The position numbers were made by a program, and so were the translations under genes. A stretch of 56,923 nucleotides of DNA, counting the filler, from Porpidia crustulata (lineage: Eukaryota), in NCBI GenBank assembly GCA_964255105.1. It is 5 parts of 5 records of this genome, joined end to end, with 100 filler letters (N's around TTAATTAATTAA, not from the genome) between each part and the next. Parts side by side here need not be neighbours in the genome. Positions count along the whole stretch, not along the records: positions 11,422 to 22,732 come from CAXUWE010000671.1; positions 22,833 to 34,136 come from CAXUWE010000672.1; 3 more parts are not named here. One strand, given 5' to 3'. Each line of letters opens with the position of its first letter. Position 1 is the stretch's first letter. The notes below the pieces were generated by a model. The model was not told where the DNA came from, did no database searches, and worked only from the letters and a program-made list of their open reading frames with translations. Positions 11,422-23,561 of the stretch are shown one piece after another.

Positions 11422-13551
11422 GTATCTTATGGGTCAGCTTTATAGATAGATAGTGCAGCTATTTATCGCGGGAACTTCGCAGTGATATAGTAGTAGTATT
11501 GGATTGGGAGGTTTTGGGGGGGTTTGGAAAGATGCATATATGGAAGTGGGAAGGTTCTTGATCTCGGTGGGGATGGATGGGGTTGTATTGAAATAAGAGG
11601 AGGGGTGAATTTGAGTTTGGGTTTGGGTCTGGGAAGATAGATGTGGAGTAAGCTGTGATGGAGAAGATGAATACTTCTGCTGAAAGCGTAAAAGGCGTCC
11701 GCCTTCTCGTGCTTTCTCGTAATGGTATTGATAACCATAATTCTGAGATACATCTCCTCCACTTCCTTCCCGTTCGCCAAAATCCTCGCACATTTCCCAT
11801 TCACGATCTCGGACACCCCTTTGTCCCACTTGCCTCCCAAAAACAAAATGACAAGAAGACATCGGTCTCGACGTCAGCATTTGGACGTTACAACTCAAAA
11901 AAAAAAGACAGGGATCGGCCCGTGAATTTGTCCGACCTCAGGCTTGAATAAACCATGATATCTCTGCAGCTCTCTCGTAGAAACAGCTTCCATATGCCCG
12001 CAGCAGAAGAATCCCCTCAGCTGTAGGCACTCCACAAAAGGATGGGTCCCTCAAATCCCATATATATATATATATAAATAAAAATCGGCCAGCTCCCACT
12101 ATCACCAACCCCCACGAATTATCACACCAGAACGGTCTAGGCAATCGTGTGTAAAAAACTAGGGAGAGTATTCGAAAGGACCTCCATGGCTCTCTGGACG
12201 ACTCCAGCTAGTTGAAGATACGCGGAGTGCTCATAAGACTATTTCAAACTTCGCACTGAGCTCAGACGACCCAGACGTGGCGACATCGTACCCAACCCGG
12301 CTGCGTAGAGTCCTTTGCTAAACTATCGCCACGTAGGAAAAACAGCTGGACCCACAAAGAAATTACTTCTGGAATCTTTTGTTGAAAATTATAGTTCTTC
12401 ATTCGTGGCTCATCGTTCTGGTTGACCCGCTAAAGCTTTCCAGGGCCACTGGTTTGTTGAATGTCTCAGGGTTGGAGCTGAGGGCCGTTGCCTAGCTGCT
12501 CATAATCCTTTGCTTCAAGACTTTCCAAGAACAGCGGCGACAAGATTCTCATACAACTCGTGATTTTGTATTGCTAGTCTGAGATCGACGAGCTTATGTA
12601 GCCCCAAAGTAAGGTAATCATATATTCTCTGAGCGATTATAAAAGTATGGATAACTGGAGATTCTGACATGTCTCTATGACTCAGGGCTGCCTGTCTGTA
12701 TTCGACGTACTCAAGATACTCTTTCTGTGTTGCAATGATAGGAGGATTCGACACGTATAGAAACCGTTATCCCTCCATGTTGTCCAAGAAGTTGTTCTAC
12801 CGTTCGAGGGCCAAATATTCTCTTTTAGGTAGCCAAAATTCTGTTCCTCCATGCAAAACTGTTGGCGTGATGGCCCATTAATAGCCCTAATAACTCATTC
12901 TCAAAGACGATATAGGACCAAGTTCAAGTATCAGGAGAGGTTAAGGTATGTAACTCGTACTGACGGAGTCTAAAATATTGCTCTTGTGTATTGTAGGTGT
13001 ATGTTATGCTCCTAACATCCATTCGTAGTGAAAGAAATTCGGAGCTTGGTGGCTAAAAGGTGTATTCGAGCCTGGACGAGTTTTGTTGATTCTGTATGGA
13101 CAGAGCTAGGAAACTCTTTAGGTAGATATTCAGCGTTGAGCTAGGGTATATATTGAAGATCTGGAAGCTCCGTTTCAAGCACCAACCTGACAGGTACTGG
13201 TGTTTGAGCATCGTTCGAGCTGGAGCGAACGAAAGTATATCAAATTGGAATATTTCGAGGCCTCGGGTAGTACTGGAGATCGTTACAGCCAAGATGGTCG
13301 TTAAGTGTTCGGGGACAAAGAGCCCGGATCTGTACATTCGTTGCCTTCTGTGGTCTCCATCTCCATGTATTTGTGTACGTCCTCCAATCGCTAATGCCAG
13401 TAGTATACAACGTGCGAAACAAAGACTGCTGATACCGGCGCCAGTAAATAGAGCAGGGGCGTGGAAGTACACCATTCCGACAAGTCAGAGATAACACTTG
13501 AACCCACACATCCTGCTTTTTACTATTTCACTCTGTAATAAATTCACTCTT

Positions 13552-13703
13552 CACGATCTAGCCAGAAGCAGAGACTTCGGAGCTTCTAGCAGATGCAATT
13601 CCCCGACTGATCTTAACTCTTCCAACACGATCTAGCCAGAAGCAGAGACTTCGGAGCTTCTAGCAGATGCAATTCCCCGACTGATCTTAACTCTTCCAAC
13701 ACG
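13552..13703. repeat. Perfect 74-bp tandem duplication
   Basis: Unit CACGATCTAGCCAGAAGCAGAG...CTTAACTCTTCCAA at 13552-13625 and 13626-13699, followed by a further CACG. Confidence 0.95.
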
Positions 13704-13911
13704 CATAGAACCCATTTCTAACTTGATTCAGGTCTTACTAAACCATCATTTGGACGATCCTCCGCTTCTTGAAGCTTTACTTCTGTACTCAAGGCGACCT
13801 GACACTCTTCGAACCTCGCAAAGCCTTCCAGACACAAGCAAAGTTCACACGTTAGGTATGCCCGCGCCAGAAGACTGAATGCTGTTGACGAGTTCTGACA
13901 CACGCAGATCA

Positions 13912-14769
13912 ATGGCAAAGTTTGTCACAGAAAACGGCTGTGGATTCTGTTACCGCTGTATAAGGTCGCCACGTCCCTGGAGTAGGAGTACGAATCATGA
14001 AACTTTTCCAGAATGCAGATTCGCCTCAGGCCTAAGAGTCTCTTCGGAACCCCAGCCCGATACCTATCACTGTGATGAATTGGTGGATGGTCTCATCAAT
14101 CACCATACTGTCTCATGCCTTAATCCAAGCACGGTTCTAGATCGCACGTTTCGGTGCTTACACTTGATCCTGAATAACGTCAATACGTCACAAGGGACAA
14201 TGAGCTTGAGCTCTCTGAAGGGATTGACGGACTTGTCCGTCTTATTTGATGAACTTTTGTTTTCCGGCCTCTTGAGAGGCAGAATGAGCATCCATCTAGT
14301 GGATACCATCAACAAAGTTCCCCTCTTACTCGGTAAAACCAGCGATTCTCCATCAAGATATGGAGAAGTAACCATCACTCTCAAAAGACCAACAGAGTCA
14401 AATACAGGCGTGGTCTCCACCGAATTGAGAGACTGTAGTGCACTAATCGAGATGTGCAATACGCTAATCCATGAAATGTTACACGCAGTGATAAGGATCT
14501 ACACTTGTAAGTGCCGTGATTGCGATTGCCTGTTTAATCGCTGTAGGACAATGGGCCTTGATGGCCACGGACCGTCCTTCAGGAGGCTAGGAGGTTGGCT
14601 TGAGGCTTGGCTGCAGTTTACATTTGGGGTTTACGGAACCTGGCACCTTGATGCCACGGATAACTCAGTGTCTCATGAATTCGAAAAGGAGGAACTTCGC
14701 AAGCACGGGCTCTCACAAGACCACTGGCTTCCAATTGACGTTCCGGTAATTCCTGACCAGATCGGGTAG
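13912..14769 (+). CDS. SprT-like zinc metalloprotease domain protein
   Basis: Uninterrupted ORF with DLSVLFDELLFSGLL, TLIHEMLHA (HExxH at about 14470) and GHGPSF (about 14563), the SprT-like motif set. There is an upstream GTATGC...CTGAC...CAG intron at 13856-13907. The 5' structure is uncertain. Confidence 0.75.
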   Translation: MAKFVTENGCGFCYRCIRSPRPWSRSTNHETFPECRFASGLRVSSEPQPDTYHCDELVDGLINHHTVSCLNPSTVLDRTFRCLHLILNNVNTSQGTMSLSSLKGLTDLSVLFDELLFSGLLRGRMSIHLVDTINKVPLLLGKTSDSPSRYGEVTITLKRPTESNTGVVSTELRDCSALIEMCNTLIHEMLHAVIRIYTCKCRDCDCLFNRCRTMGLDGHGPSFRRLGGWLEAWLQFTFGVYGTWHLDATDNSVSHEFEKEELRKHGLSQDHWLPIDVPVIPDQIG

Positions 14770-17399
14770 ACTTCAATAGGAGCAATATATAGCGGGGGGT
14801 CTGATCAAGGGCGTCGAGTTCCGTAGATCAGTAGTCGGCGCCGAGCCAAAATTCACGTACTAGAAACTCTTGTGTGATTGATATTGTAAGATTACGAAAA
14901 CTTCCGATTTTTCTTTCGCACGTAATCGTAATCATAATCAACCACCACTTCAACAGCAAGCTTGATTTCTGAACATTGTGCTCTTTCTTATAAGAAGCTG
15001 CTTTGATACGTGAAGCGAGTTATACTCTTTGTGATGGACTCATGTTTGCTTGAATAAACCGGCTGCAATCGATCCCGTTGACAGGCTGAAGATCAACCGT
15101 CACCCCACCGAGAGTTGAGCATTAGAGCTCATCGACGAGCATGACACCTCGTCTTCATCATCACTCTGTTTCCTGACAGGCAACAGCTTGTGGTGCAGAT
15201 CATCAGAAGGGTGGCCTTGGGTGGGTGAAAGGGGTTGCAAACGGGCTCCGTCTCATATGCAACTTCCCTTACCCTAGCTCTATACAACTGACCGCTCCTC
15301 GATGTCTTCAAGGTTGTACGACAGTAAGCTCCCACCAGTAAATTCTGCGCTTTCAGCTTTATAGACATGTAGCCAAAGTAACTAACAGGAGTTGACAGCT
15401 AGCTCGAAGATCCTGTGATGGCTCTCACCAATCGTGATCCTCTCAAGTGACGTTCTGGGCAGCACAGGCAAAAAAGCCCATAATAGCTGGCTCACTGATG
15501 TAAGGATCACCTACGTAGGTTTCCGAACTTTAGCTGATTCTGATTTTCCAACAGCTGATGCACAGCACTACCTTCTTGAGTCTCTGCTCAAAAGTAGCTA
15601 GGGAGTAGACACGACCGCCACACTCCAAATCTGCAGTTCTAAGACATGGCATGATCAAGGCTTTTCCCACCTGCCTCGAACGACGGAGCAATCCAGAAAG
15701 AGGTAACAGAGCTACTTCATGGCCTCGAGATATCTGAGGTCGTCGCTGCAAACCATGCATATCATATCAGGCGATGTGTCGCTCGCTCCGGTAGCAATAT
15801 ATATACCACTGCTGTAAGTTTCGTACTGAACGTGTAGATGACATCGATGACGAAAGGATGAGCTTGATCAAGAAGATCCTGAAGCTGACTAGTGGGATGC
15901 ACCAGCAGCCGTTTCAAGAGAGTTCACAACAAGCCCGCTATTACTCGAGGCAGTATCATCCCACATAAGCATCGTCAGCCGACCACTGCAATCGTTCCTT
16001 GACCAGTTTCGGTTCTATATATATAGGACATCGCTATCTGCTCTATTACACACAGAGAATGAGGATGACGCTGAGATTCTTCAGGATGGTGAGGAGCTCG
16101 TAGATGAGCGTTTACCACTAACAGTGGCGACTTGTTCCTCCATCAATTCCAATATTCTTTCTGCTCGGTTGCCGAGCCAAATCCAGATCTCAGATCAAAT
16201 CTCCAGGGTTCGACGAGTTCAACGCCGAATCGGTTTTGATTCGCTAGAAGTTGATTTCGAATCGCGAAACGAGAAACCCGCCTGCCAACAGCTCACCCCC
16301 TACCAGACACCAGAGCAGGAAACTTTCCTGCCAAGAGCTCACCAGCTACAAGATATCAGCACACATCTAGCGTTGTATCTCGATGCTACCGATGGTATTT
16401 TGGCGTACGATATAAAACATCCAAGCCGCACTCGCAAAGGGTAGAGCAATGGATACCTGACGGCCTCCCAAGACATTTTCAGGTCATAGACAAGGCAATA
16501 CCGGTTCAGTTAGTTGAGGTGCTGCACATGATCGCCTTTCTCGACAACGGACGATCGAGATTTGATGGCCTATGCTCGGACAGGTCCTGACAAACCAAGT
16601 GGCATTCTTCTCCATATCCTATCCTAGGCCTTCCCCATTGACCTGTTCAGCGCCACCTTGGAAGCAGCCTGCGTTCTCTTCCTAAATGAGTCCTCTTTAT
16701 GAATATCATCAAGCAGCTCACATATAACCTAGTCAGACTTCGCAACGATAAACTTTGGGCAGTTGGTGATGAAAGCATTGGATCCGAGAAAGAAGAATCG
16801 CTCCACGTCGGTAATTCTGGTGTTCCCATATATATATATTCATGCCATCAATCAGTAATGTATATATTACTGGCCAGTAGATGGCATTGGCGTTGCAAAA
16901 GTCGAGACTGACGCTCAACATGTCTCTGCAACGAGTTGGACAATAACTATCGCACCCGGTCGATTGGTGCAACGGTGTCAGACCGAAGACCGTCGCCTCG
17001 CGGCGTTATTTCGCCATTACTGCGGCACGGGATGTCATTTGCAAATCCTTGGAGGCGATTGACGCTTCCAAGTCTAGATCTGTAGGAGTAGGTCCCACAA
17101 CAAAACCCTCTCAGCTCGCCCTTATCCTCGCCAGGCCACAGGTACCAGGATATCCCCCCAGGAACGCAACTCTCTTTGCCTCGATGGTATAAGCGCAGGC
17201 TAGCTTCCATCTTTTCCTTCTATACACACCGTGTCAGTGAATTGCACAGCCAGGGCGAGACCAAACAGACTCTCGGAGTTTCCGATTCGCAAGTCAACTG
17301 AGCCCAAGCCAGGTTTTCAGACCAACATCGGTAAAAGGTTTCTCGCCTAGCCTCCGCTAGTACAGGCAACATTTGATTAATTCATTGCTCCTAAGAGAG

Positions 17400-18413
17400 C
17401 AGCCACCTCTGCGCGGCGGACCGAAGAGGTATTCAATACCTCTTCCTTTGCTGAGGTCAAGGAGCTTGACTCAGCCCCGAGAGCCCCGAGAGCCCCGAGA
17501 GGGTTGATCTCCATACGAGCAGGAAGATGAAGCAGGAGAGTTAGACAAGGTCAAAGAATAAAGGCCCCAGTATTACCAAGCATTACGACCGAACGTCGCA
17601 CACGGTCTTTGTCTATCTTTGCGGCTGGAGAAGCAAATGTTCCGGCATGGCATGTCGAAGACGACTCCGATCTGGTAGACCGTGCGGCTGCAAGCCCGAT
17701 GCAGCTACAGAGAAATCTTCAGAGTTCGCATAGTCGTCAACGGAGTTGGAGTGGAGGTAGGAATGGGGCATAGAAGCCCCTTTTTCTTGAGCGAAATAAG
17801 TCATAGAACCTTGTCTGAACTTTCGCCGTTCTCAATTAGATTGGCCCAGCTGTCTATTGAGGGGACTAGACGAGTTATCGCCACGTCTGCTCCTCGTGGA
17901 CGCCGGATCTTTTGCCGAAGCACATCAGCTGGCCTACCCAATAGGGGTCTTGCTCTGCTCCGGCTCATCACCATTAGTGGTTACATTGCTTCTTGGAGAA
18001 GTTTGCCAAACTGGAGATACGAGCTCGAGGGATATGAACTTCAGGAAATGCATGATGTCGAGACCAGGAAGCTTCAACTTCAACAAAAGCATTTCTGCAC
18101 CTTTGCCGTGTTTTGGCAAGGTAGGAACAGGACGCAACAATAGAGGGTAGCTTGAATAAAATGCGAGACTAAGGAAGGGCATGAGCTCTAGGAGCTGCAT
18201 GAAGTCGAGACCAGTAAGATCTAAACCCAAGGAGAGCGTCTTCCCGCCTCTATATGTCTTTTGACAGAGACTGTGCTGAGCGTTTCTATGTGAACGAGGC
18301 GGCTGCCACCGCAGGAATAGGCGGTGGATGACCATTCCCACTCGAGGACTACGCTCAAGACAACGAGAACAATCAGATGATGCGGGTTGAGGACGAGTCA
18401 AGTCCGGCAGCAA
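17400..18413 (-). pseudogene. Probable decayed gene of unknown family with an internal diverged repeat
   Basis: Protein-like reading frame broken by stops, with paired segments LDLTGLDFMQLLELMP / LKLPGLDIMHFLKFIS. A 9-bp tandem repeat AGCCCCGAG x3 lies at 17473-17499. Confidence 0.3.
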
Positions 18414-21400
18414 TTTTCGTCGGCTTGTACAAAGAGTACAAAATGTTTTGTCCTACTCGCGCTGGCCGCCGTAGCATTTACCGGAGAGCTGGCCTCTCGG
18501 GACTCCGCAGGCGGAGTCTAATATAGTGAGAGGGTACTGAGATGCTGTCAAAGCCAGCGTCTGTCCCGAGCGAGTCAAAGATTATAGACATCAACGCAGG
18601 GTTTCCAACAGCTACAGCGTTTCCTCCTCGCAAGCATGGCCACAGCTACGAGCGCACCGGGAAATGTACCCACAGAACCGTCAGTCAAAGACTGCGTTCA
18701 ACCTAGAAGGAGCGAAGGCGTTTTCAGAAAACTCGTCTCCGCGAAAAATTAGTCCCTTAAGCCGAGAGGAGTAGCCTGGCTGATATTTCATATTCTGGTC
18801 AGCCAATGAGTGCCGACAGTCGCTATTGGCATAATAAGTTTGACCCGGGTACGAGAAATTGGTCCTTTCGAGGGCCCCTCCATGCGAGGAGTCCCCTATG
18901 GAATCTTCTCTCAACGTATTGAGACAGACCATCTGGGATGAGTTGGTATCTCAATGATAGTATATGGAGCTGCCCAGCTCGCGTTGTCCCACAGCACCGG
19001 AAGGTTCGTTGGTCATCTTGAGAACATCGCAACCCGGAAAGAAATAGGTCTTGCGTTCTCATATATATATATTAAATCTGCTTCCGCAAGTAGTGAAGCA
19101 GATAGCCGGCTACAACGCCCACCTCATGGGTATGCGGTAGCGCCGCTGGTTGAAGCGACATCAAAGCTCACGAAACAGCCTCCCTCAAATCTCGCTTTTG
19201 ATACTAGGATGAGCCAGAGCAGTCTGTCTCAATCATTGCGACGGCATCCATCTACGTCACAGCAATCGCCTTCGAACGGTATCAACGGTCGCGATCACAA
19301 GGCCCAGGACCTGAACTCATCCTTGTTGAACACGACCAGGTCAAAAAGAATGGATCCGGTCCAACCGAGACCATGGTTGGGCAAGGAGGCTCGAAAGCCG
19401 AGCACGAGTGCGCAAATTTCATCCGATGACTTAGACCAAAAGTTAACGTAGAAATTGCCGTCGTGGGGGCGGTGGAATAAGTGTAGGCCAAGAAATGTAG
19501 GACTGCCTCCTCTTATTTCTTCGGGGGATCATCAGCAACTCGGCCATGGTCCAAGGGCTCAGGAGAAGCGGAAACCGTGGGGCTTTAGACCCCGTCACCG
19601 TGGACATTGGTGATGTAGACCAGCACATGTACATGAGCTGTGTGGATCCGGAGCGTCTCGCAACATTGCACGTTGTAATAGTCTATCTCGATTGAAGGAC
19701 TCAACACAGTGAGCTTTTGGCACAATGTCAATGGTCGCCCAAGGTTCGGTGTAGCGATCCATCATGACAAATTTCCGAAGGCGTTCTTTTCCAGATCCAA
19801 CAGAGAATGTCAAGTGATCGCTGCAGATCAATATGAGCCATGTTCAAATCCGGGCCAGTGGCTCACGCAGGATAGTGCTTTACTAGTCTGATCCCACAGG
19901 AAGAACATGAATCCAGGCTCTCGAGTGTCGTGGCTCTGAGCTACTGGATAGCCCGCTCAGATATCATCGAACAACAAAGCTGTCAGAGCTGCAACGTTCT
20001 GAAATACTACCGTTGACGCCAAGTAATAAGCTGCATGTGGGGAAACTTATAAAGTTGGCAAACTTATATCTCGTGAATTCAGACTTGCTGATTATCTCGA
20101 CATCGATAGATTCTTTATCAGTTCGACAGAGTGATTTTTCTTTAATCGATACGCAGACGAAAGAAGATGAAGTAGCCGGCCTTAGTCCTCTGCTATCACC
20201 CCTTACATTCCAGCGTCCAGTGCTCGATATTGGTTGATGAGTCCAACATTGAATCCTCTGAGATGTCTGAACAAGGTATGGTCAAGGTAGCGGTAGCCAG
20301 TCTTGAAGACCGTTCGACAGCCGAGCTGCCGAAGCCGCCTTCTCATCCTCTTCATTCCACGCTCCAGTGCTGTCATGGTCACCAAGGTTCCTCGGACGGT
20401 GATGCTCGTTTCTTATCAGAGGATTTCTAACGGATTGGTAGATGGAAGGTGTAGTGATCGCGGTGGCTTGATGTCTGCGGTGAAGGCAATTATGTGCTTT
20501 GCTAAGGCTATCGAGAGGTGACAGTGAATTGGTTGATAGCACAGGAACCCACAGAGGATCCCATGTTACAACATCCGCAGCCATTCCCAAGGGAACAAAT
20601 AGGACTATTGATGAAGAAGTGATGGCTGTGTTACACGTAGCGAGCAAGTATGGTGGAGAGTCTGATGATTTTAGAGGTCACAACAATACTGAGGCACTTT
20701 CGATGAGCAAGTTCATCAAAACCAAGATATCAGAGGTCAAGGCGGACAGTAGATACTGAGATGGATACTGCCGAGGAGACCCATTAAAGCAGAATTGGGA
20801 AAGGGCAACGCGGAGAATGCCGAGGCACCCCCAAGCAAAATCTACGAAAACCAACATGGCCACTACAAATATCTATCTATCTATCTAAATAGATTGAAAT
20901 CGGAACCGCGAGGCCACGATTGTAGACATTTGCTCTAGTCATCATTGCACTCTGATGCTTCACAAGTATCTTGTTGCTGTCGCGTCCAAAAGAGTTTGAG
21001 AGGCCGCAAAGCCCATAAATGCCATCCGCATTTGGGGCTGCTTCTATTCAAGTCGAGTATCTACTCAATTTCGACGTAGAGAGCCGTATTGGCGACGTAC
21101 AGTGTCATTGGTTTTTAGACCTCCTTTGAACTCGACGAGAGCAGATGGGGCAGAACCGTGTCGGTCAATCCTGCTGCTGAAAGTCGACCTCACTCTCTAG
21201 CTCAAGCTCACCATCATGCCTCGAGATGGCTATCTGCCGCGAGAGCAGATATCGATCGAGATCTGCGTACGCTATATAGGCTGAGAAATCTGGTCCACCT
21301 GCCATACCACCCTATAGGCCTCCAACCTCGTCCCTCCCGCCGCATGCTTTTGACAATGTAGGAGGTAGGAATTCGAAATGCACTCGAAATATTGCGTTTC

Positions 21401-21522
21401 TGCTTACTCTGCTAATCACCCGATGACCTTTGAATTGGGATATGGTCAACTCAAAATAGCTTCCAAGGATGGATTTCTGTTGGAGACCGTCGAGGTCTCT
21501 CGTACGAATCGTGGCGGTCGAC

Positions 21523-21545
21523 TATATATATATATATATATATAT
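21523..21545. repeat. (TA)n microsatellite
   Basis: Uninterrupted TA run; a similar shorter run lies at about 12060-12076. Confidence 0.85.
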
Positions 21546-22732
21546 CAGGATAAGCACCGAGTTGCTTTCTCGAGGTTTAGAGCGAGAACCCTGCTACCTC
21601 CAGCGATTCAGACGAGCCGGAGCTGTGTAAATGGAGCCTGAAATCGTATCAGCAAGTGGTAATTCTGCGCGAGTGTCTCCTAGGGTGATCCAAGAGCCCA
21701 AGCACTCCTTAGACCACTTCGTTCCTATCTCTACAAGTCAAATGTATCGCAGCTGCACTCGATCCTTCATGAACACTTACCAAATGGTGAGTTGTCGGAC
21801 AGAGTGAGCATTGGCTCACCACTGCCGTTGGTGTTACGACCACCTACCCAAAGGCGGATCGTCAGCAGGACCTCATGAAACCTCCAAAAGTCTCTCATAA
21901 GAAGAAGAATGAACGCGAGAGAGAAAAGGAGCGTTTAGAAAAGGATCTAATTATCGACCACAGTCGTAAGTCAATGTTCTGCCCGCTTTCATGTGGAACA
22001 ATATGCGAACGCATTTTGCACTTTGCTAATCCACTATATATATATATTAAGTTCCAATATTGTGCAATTTGGATGTATTGTATCCACCCCTCGACGACCA
22101 CCTTCCTACCTTAAGGTGAGTCGCCAAGACAGAGTGAGCATTGGCTCACTACTATCGATGGCATGGCTTCATCACCTCCCACGCTTCGCCTTTACAAGTC
22201 AAATGTATCGCAAACGCCATTTCCCGACCTTTTCGGTCGAGGAGAGCACACGGACAGTAACCCGCCAATGCCCTGATATGTGCCTCCCCTTTGCGTCCAC
22301 GCGGGGAGAGTCAAAGCGCCTTTATCAAGTGGATTAGGCGTGCATGAGAGGTCCACGGAGTCGAGCCCCCTAGCCCATCCATTGTGGACGACATGGGAAC
22401 CGGAAACATGTTTCCCAAGACGAGGTGATTCATCTCATCAGGCACGGAGATCAAACCCTCCTGCAACACTGAATGCTACGGTCGGTAATCTTGGCACAGC
22501 ATCCGGCTCCCAAAATAATGCCACGCGCGATACAAATGGCAATCTTATAACTTGAAAAGGTAGGCCTGGGCATACGTTGATGAAGAAGCGTTTACGAAGA
22601 GGAACGACGGCGCTCTAATTCATTCGTTATTAACGACACAGGAATTAGAAAATATGATTTCTAAGGGGAGGGGAAGGGATTCATTGCATCAGGCTCAAGG
22701 GCCTTTGTCCGGGCGATTTATGAGGGTGAGGG

Positions 22733-22832
22733 NNNNNNNNNNNNNNNNNNNNNNNNNNNNNNNNNNNNNNNNNNNNTTAATTAATTAANNNNNNNNNNNN
22801 NNNNNNNNNNNNNNNNNNNNNNNNNNNNNNNN
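22733..22832. other. Artificial contig linker
   Basis: 100-nt N-run with central TTAATTAATTAA. Confidence 0.98.
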
Positions 22833-23561
22833 GGGGGCGTGCAGTAGGAGTTGAAGATGGCTTCGTTGCCAACGACGATCATTTCGACCGAGGGCCAGGC
22901 GTTGTTGGCCGTCGCCCAGGCGGTGATTTCGGAGATTTGGTCCGTGGCGGCGGGGATGCCGGTGTGGGGGATGTAGATGCCCAGCACGAGGAGGAGATTG
23001 TGGGAGGATGCTGCGGTACCGACGGACGTGAGGCCGGAGCAGTCGGTGCTGTAGAGGCGGACGGAGGTGAAGCCTTTGGAGGCGATGGAGGCGATGTCAC
23101 GGCTGACGGACGAGGGGGATTTGCAAGTGCCGTCGGCATTGTAGGGGGAGTAGGTTATGCACCATTGGGAGTCGGAGGAGTGAGAAAGGTGGGGATAGGT
23201 TTCGGAGGTGGAATTGGAGGCTGTACTTGAGATGGCTTGCGTTGGAGCTTGGACTGATGTGGGAATGGAGATGGAGCTGCTTGAGGTCGTTGGGAGGCTT
23301 GTTGCTGCTCGGTATTCCAGGGGTTGGATTACTATACTATTCAGTCAATGTTTCTTATCACGTACTTTTTGAAAGCTTACGAGTTGGTTCGCCGTAGTGG
23401 GTCGTGTAGGAGATAGCACATTCACTGGTGGAACTTTCCGGAGCCTGGAGAGCATTTCTCGCCCTCAAAGGCAGGTTGTGAAAAGCTTGGTGCGCATCAT
23501 GTTGGCCAGCAGCGACAGATCCGAGTATCCACGCTGCGATTGCGAAAAGGGACGACTTCAT
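22833..23561 (-). CDS. Secreted GH17 cell-wall beta-glucanase/transglucosylase (Scw11/BtgE-like), 3' end truncated
   Basis: Signal peptide MKSSLFAIAAWILGSVAA, intron 23332-23380, then a Ser/Thr-rich linker and ITYSPYNADGTCKS...GFTSVRLYSTDCSGL...IVVGNEAIFN (GH17 catalytic NE). Confidence 0.88.

Noticed and set aside
12275..12334. 9-bp inverted repeat ACGTGGCGA/TCGCCACGT
   Set aside because: Short enough to arise by chance; no TSD or other support.
13552..13703. Direct repeats as a CRISPR-like array
   Set aside because: Two abutting units with no spacers, in a eukaryotic context with no cas genes.
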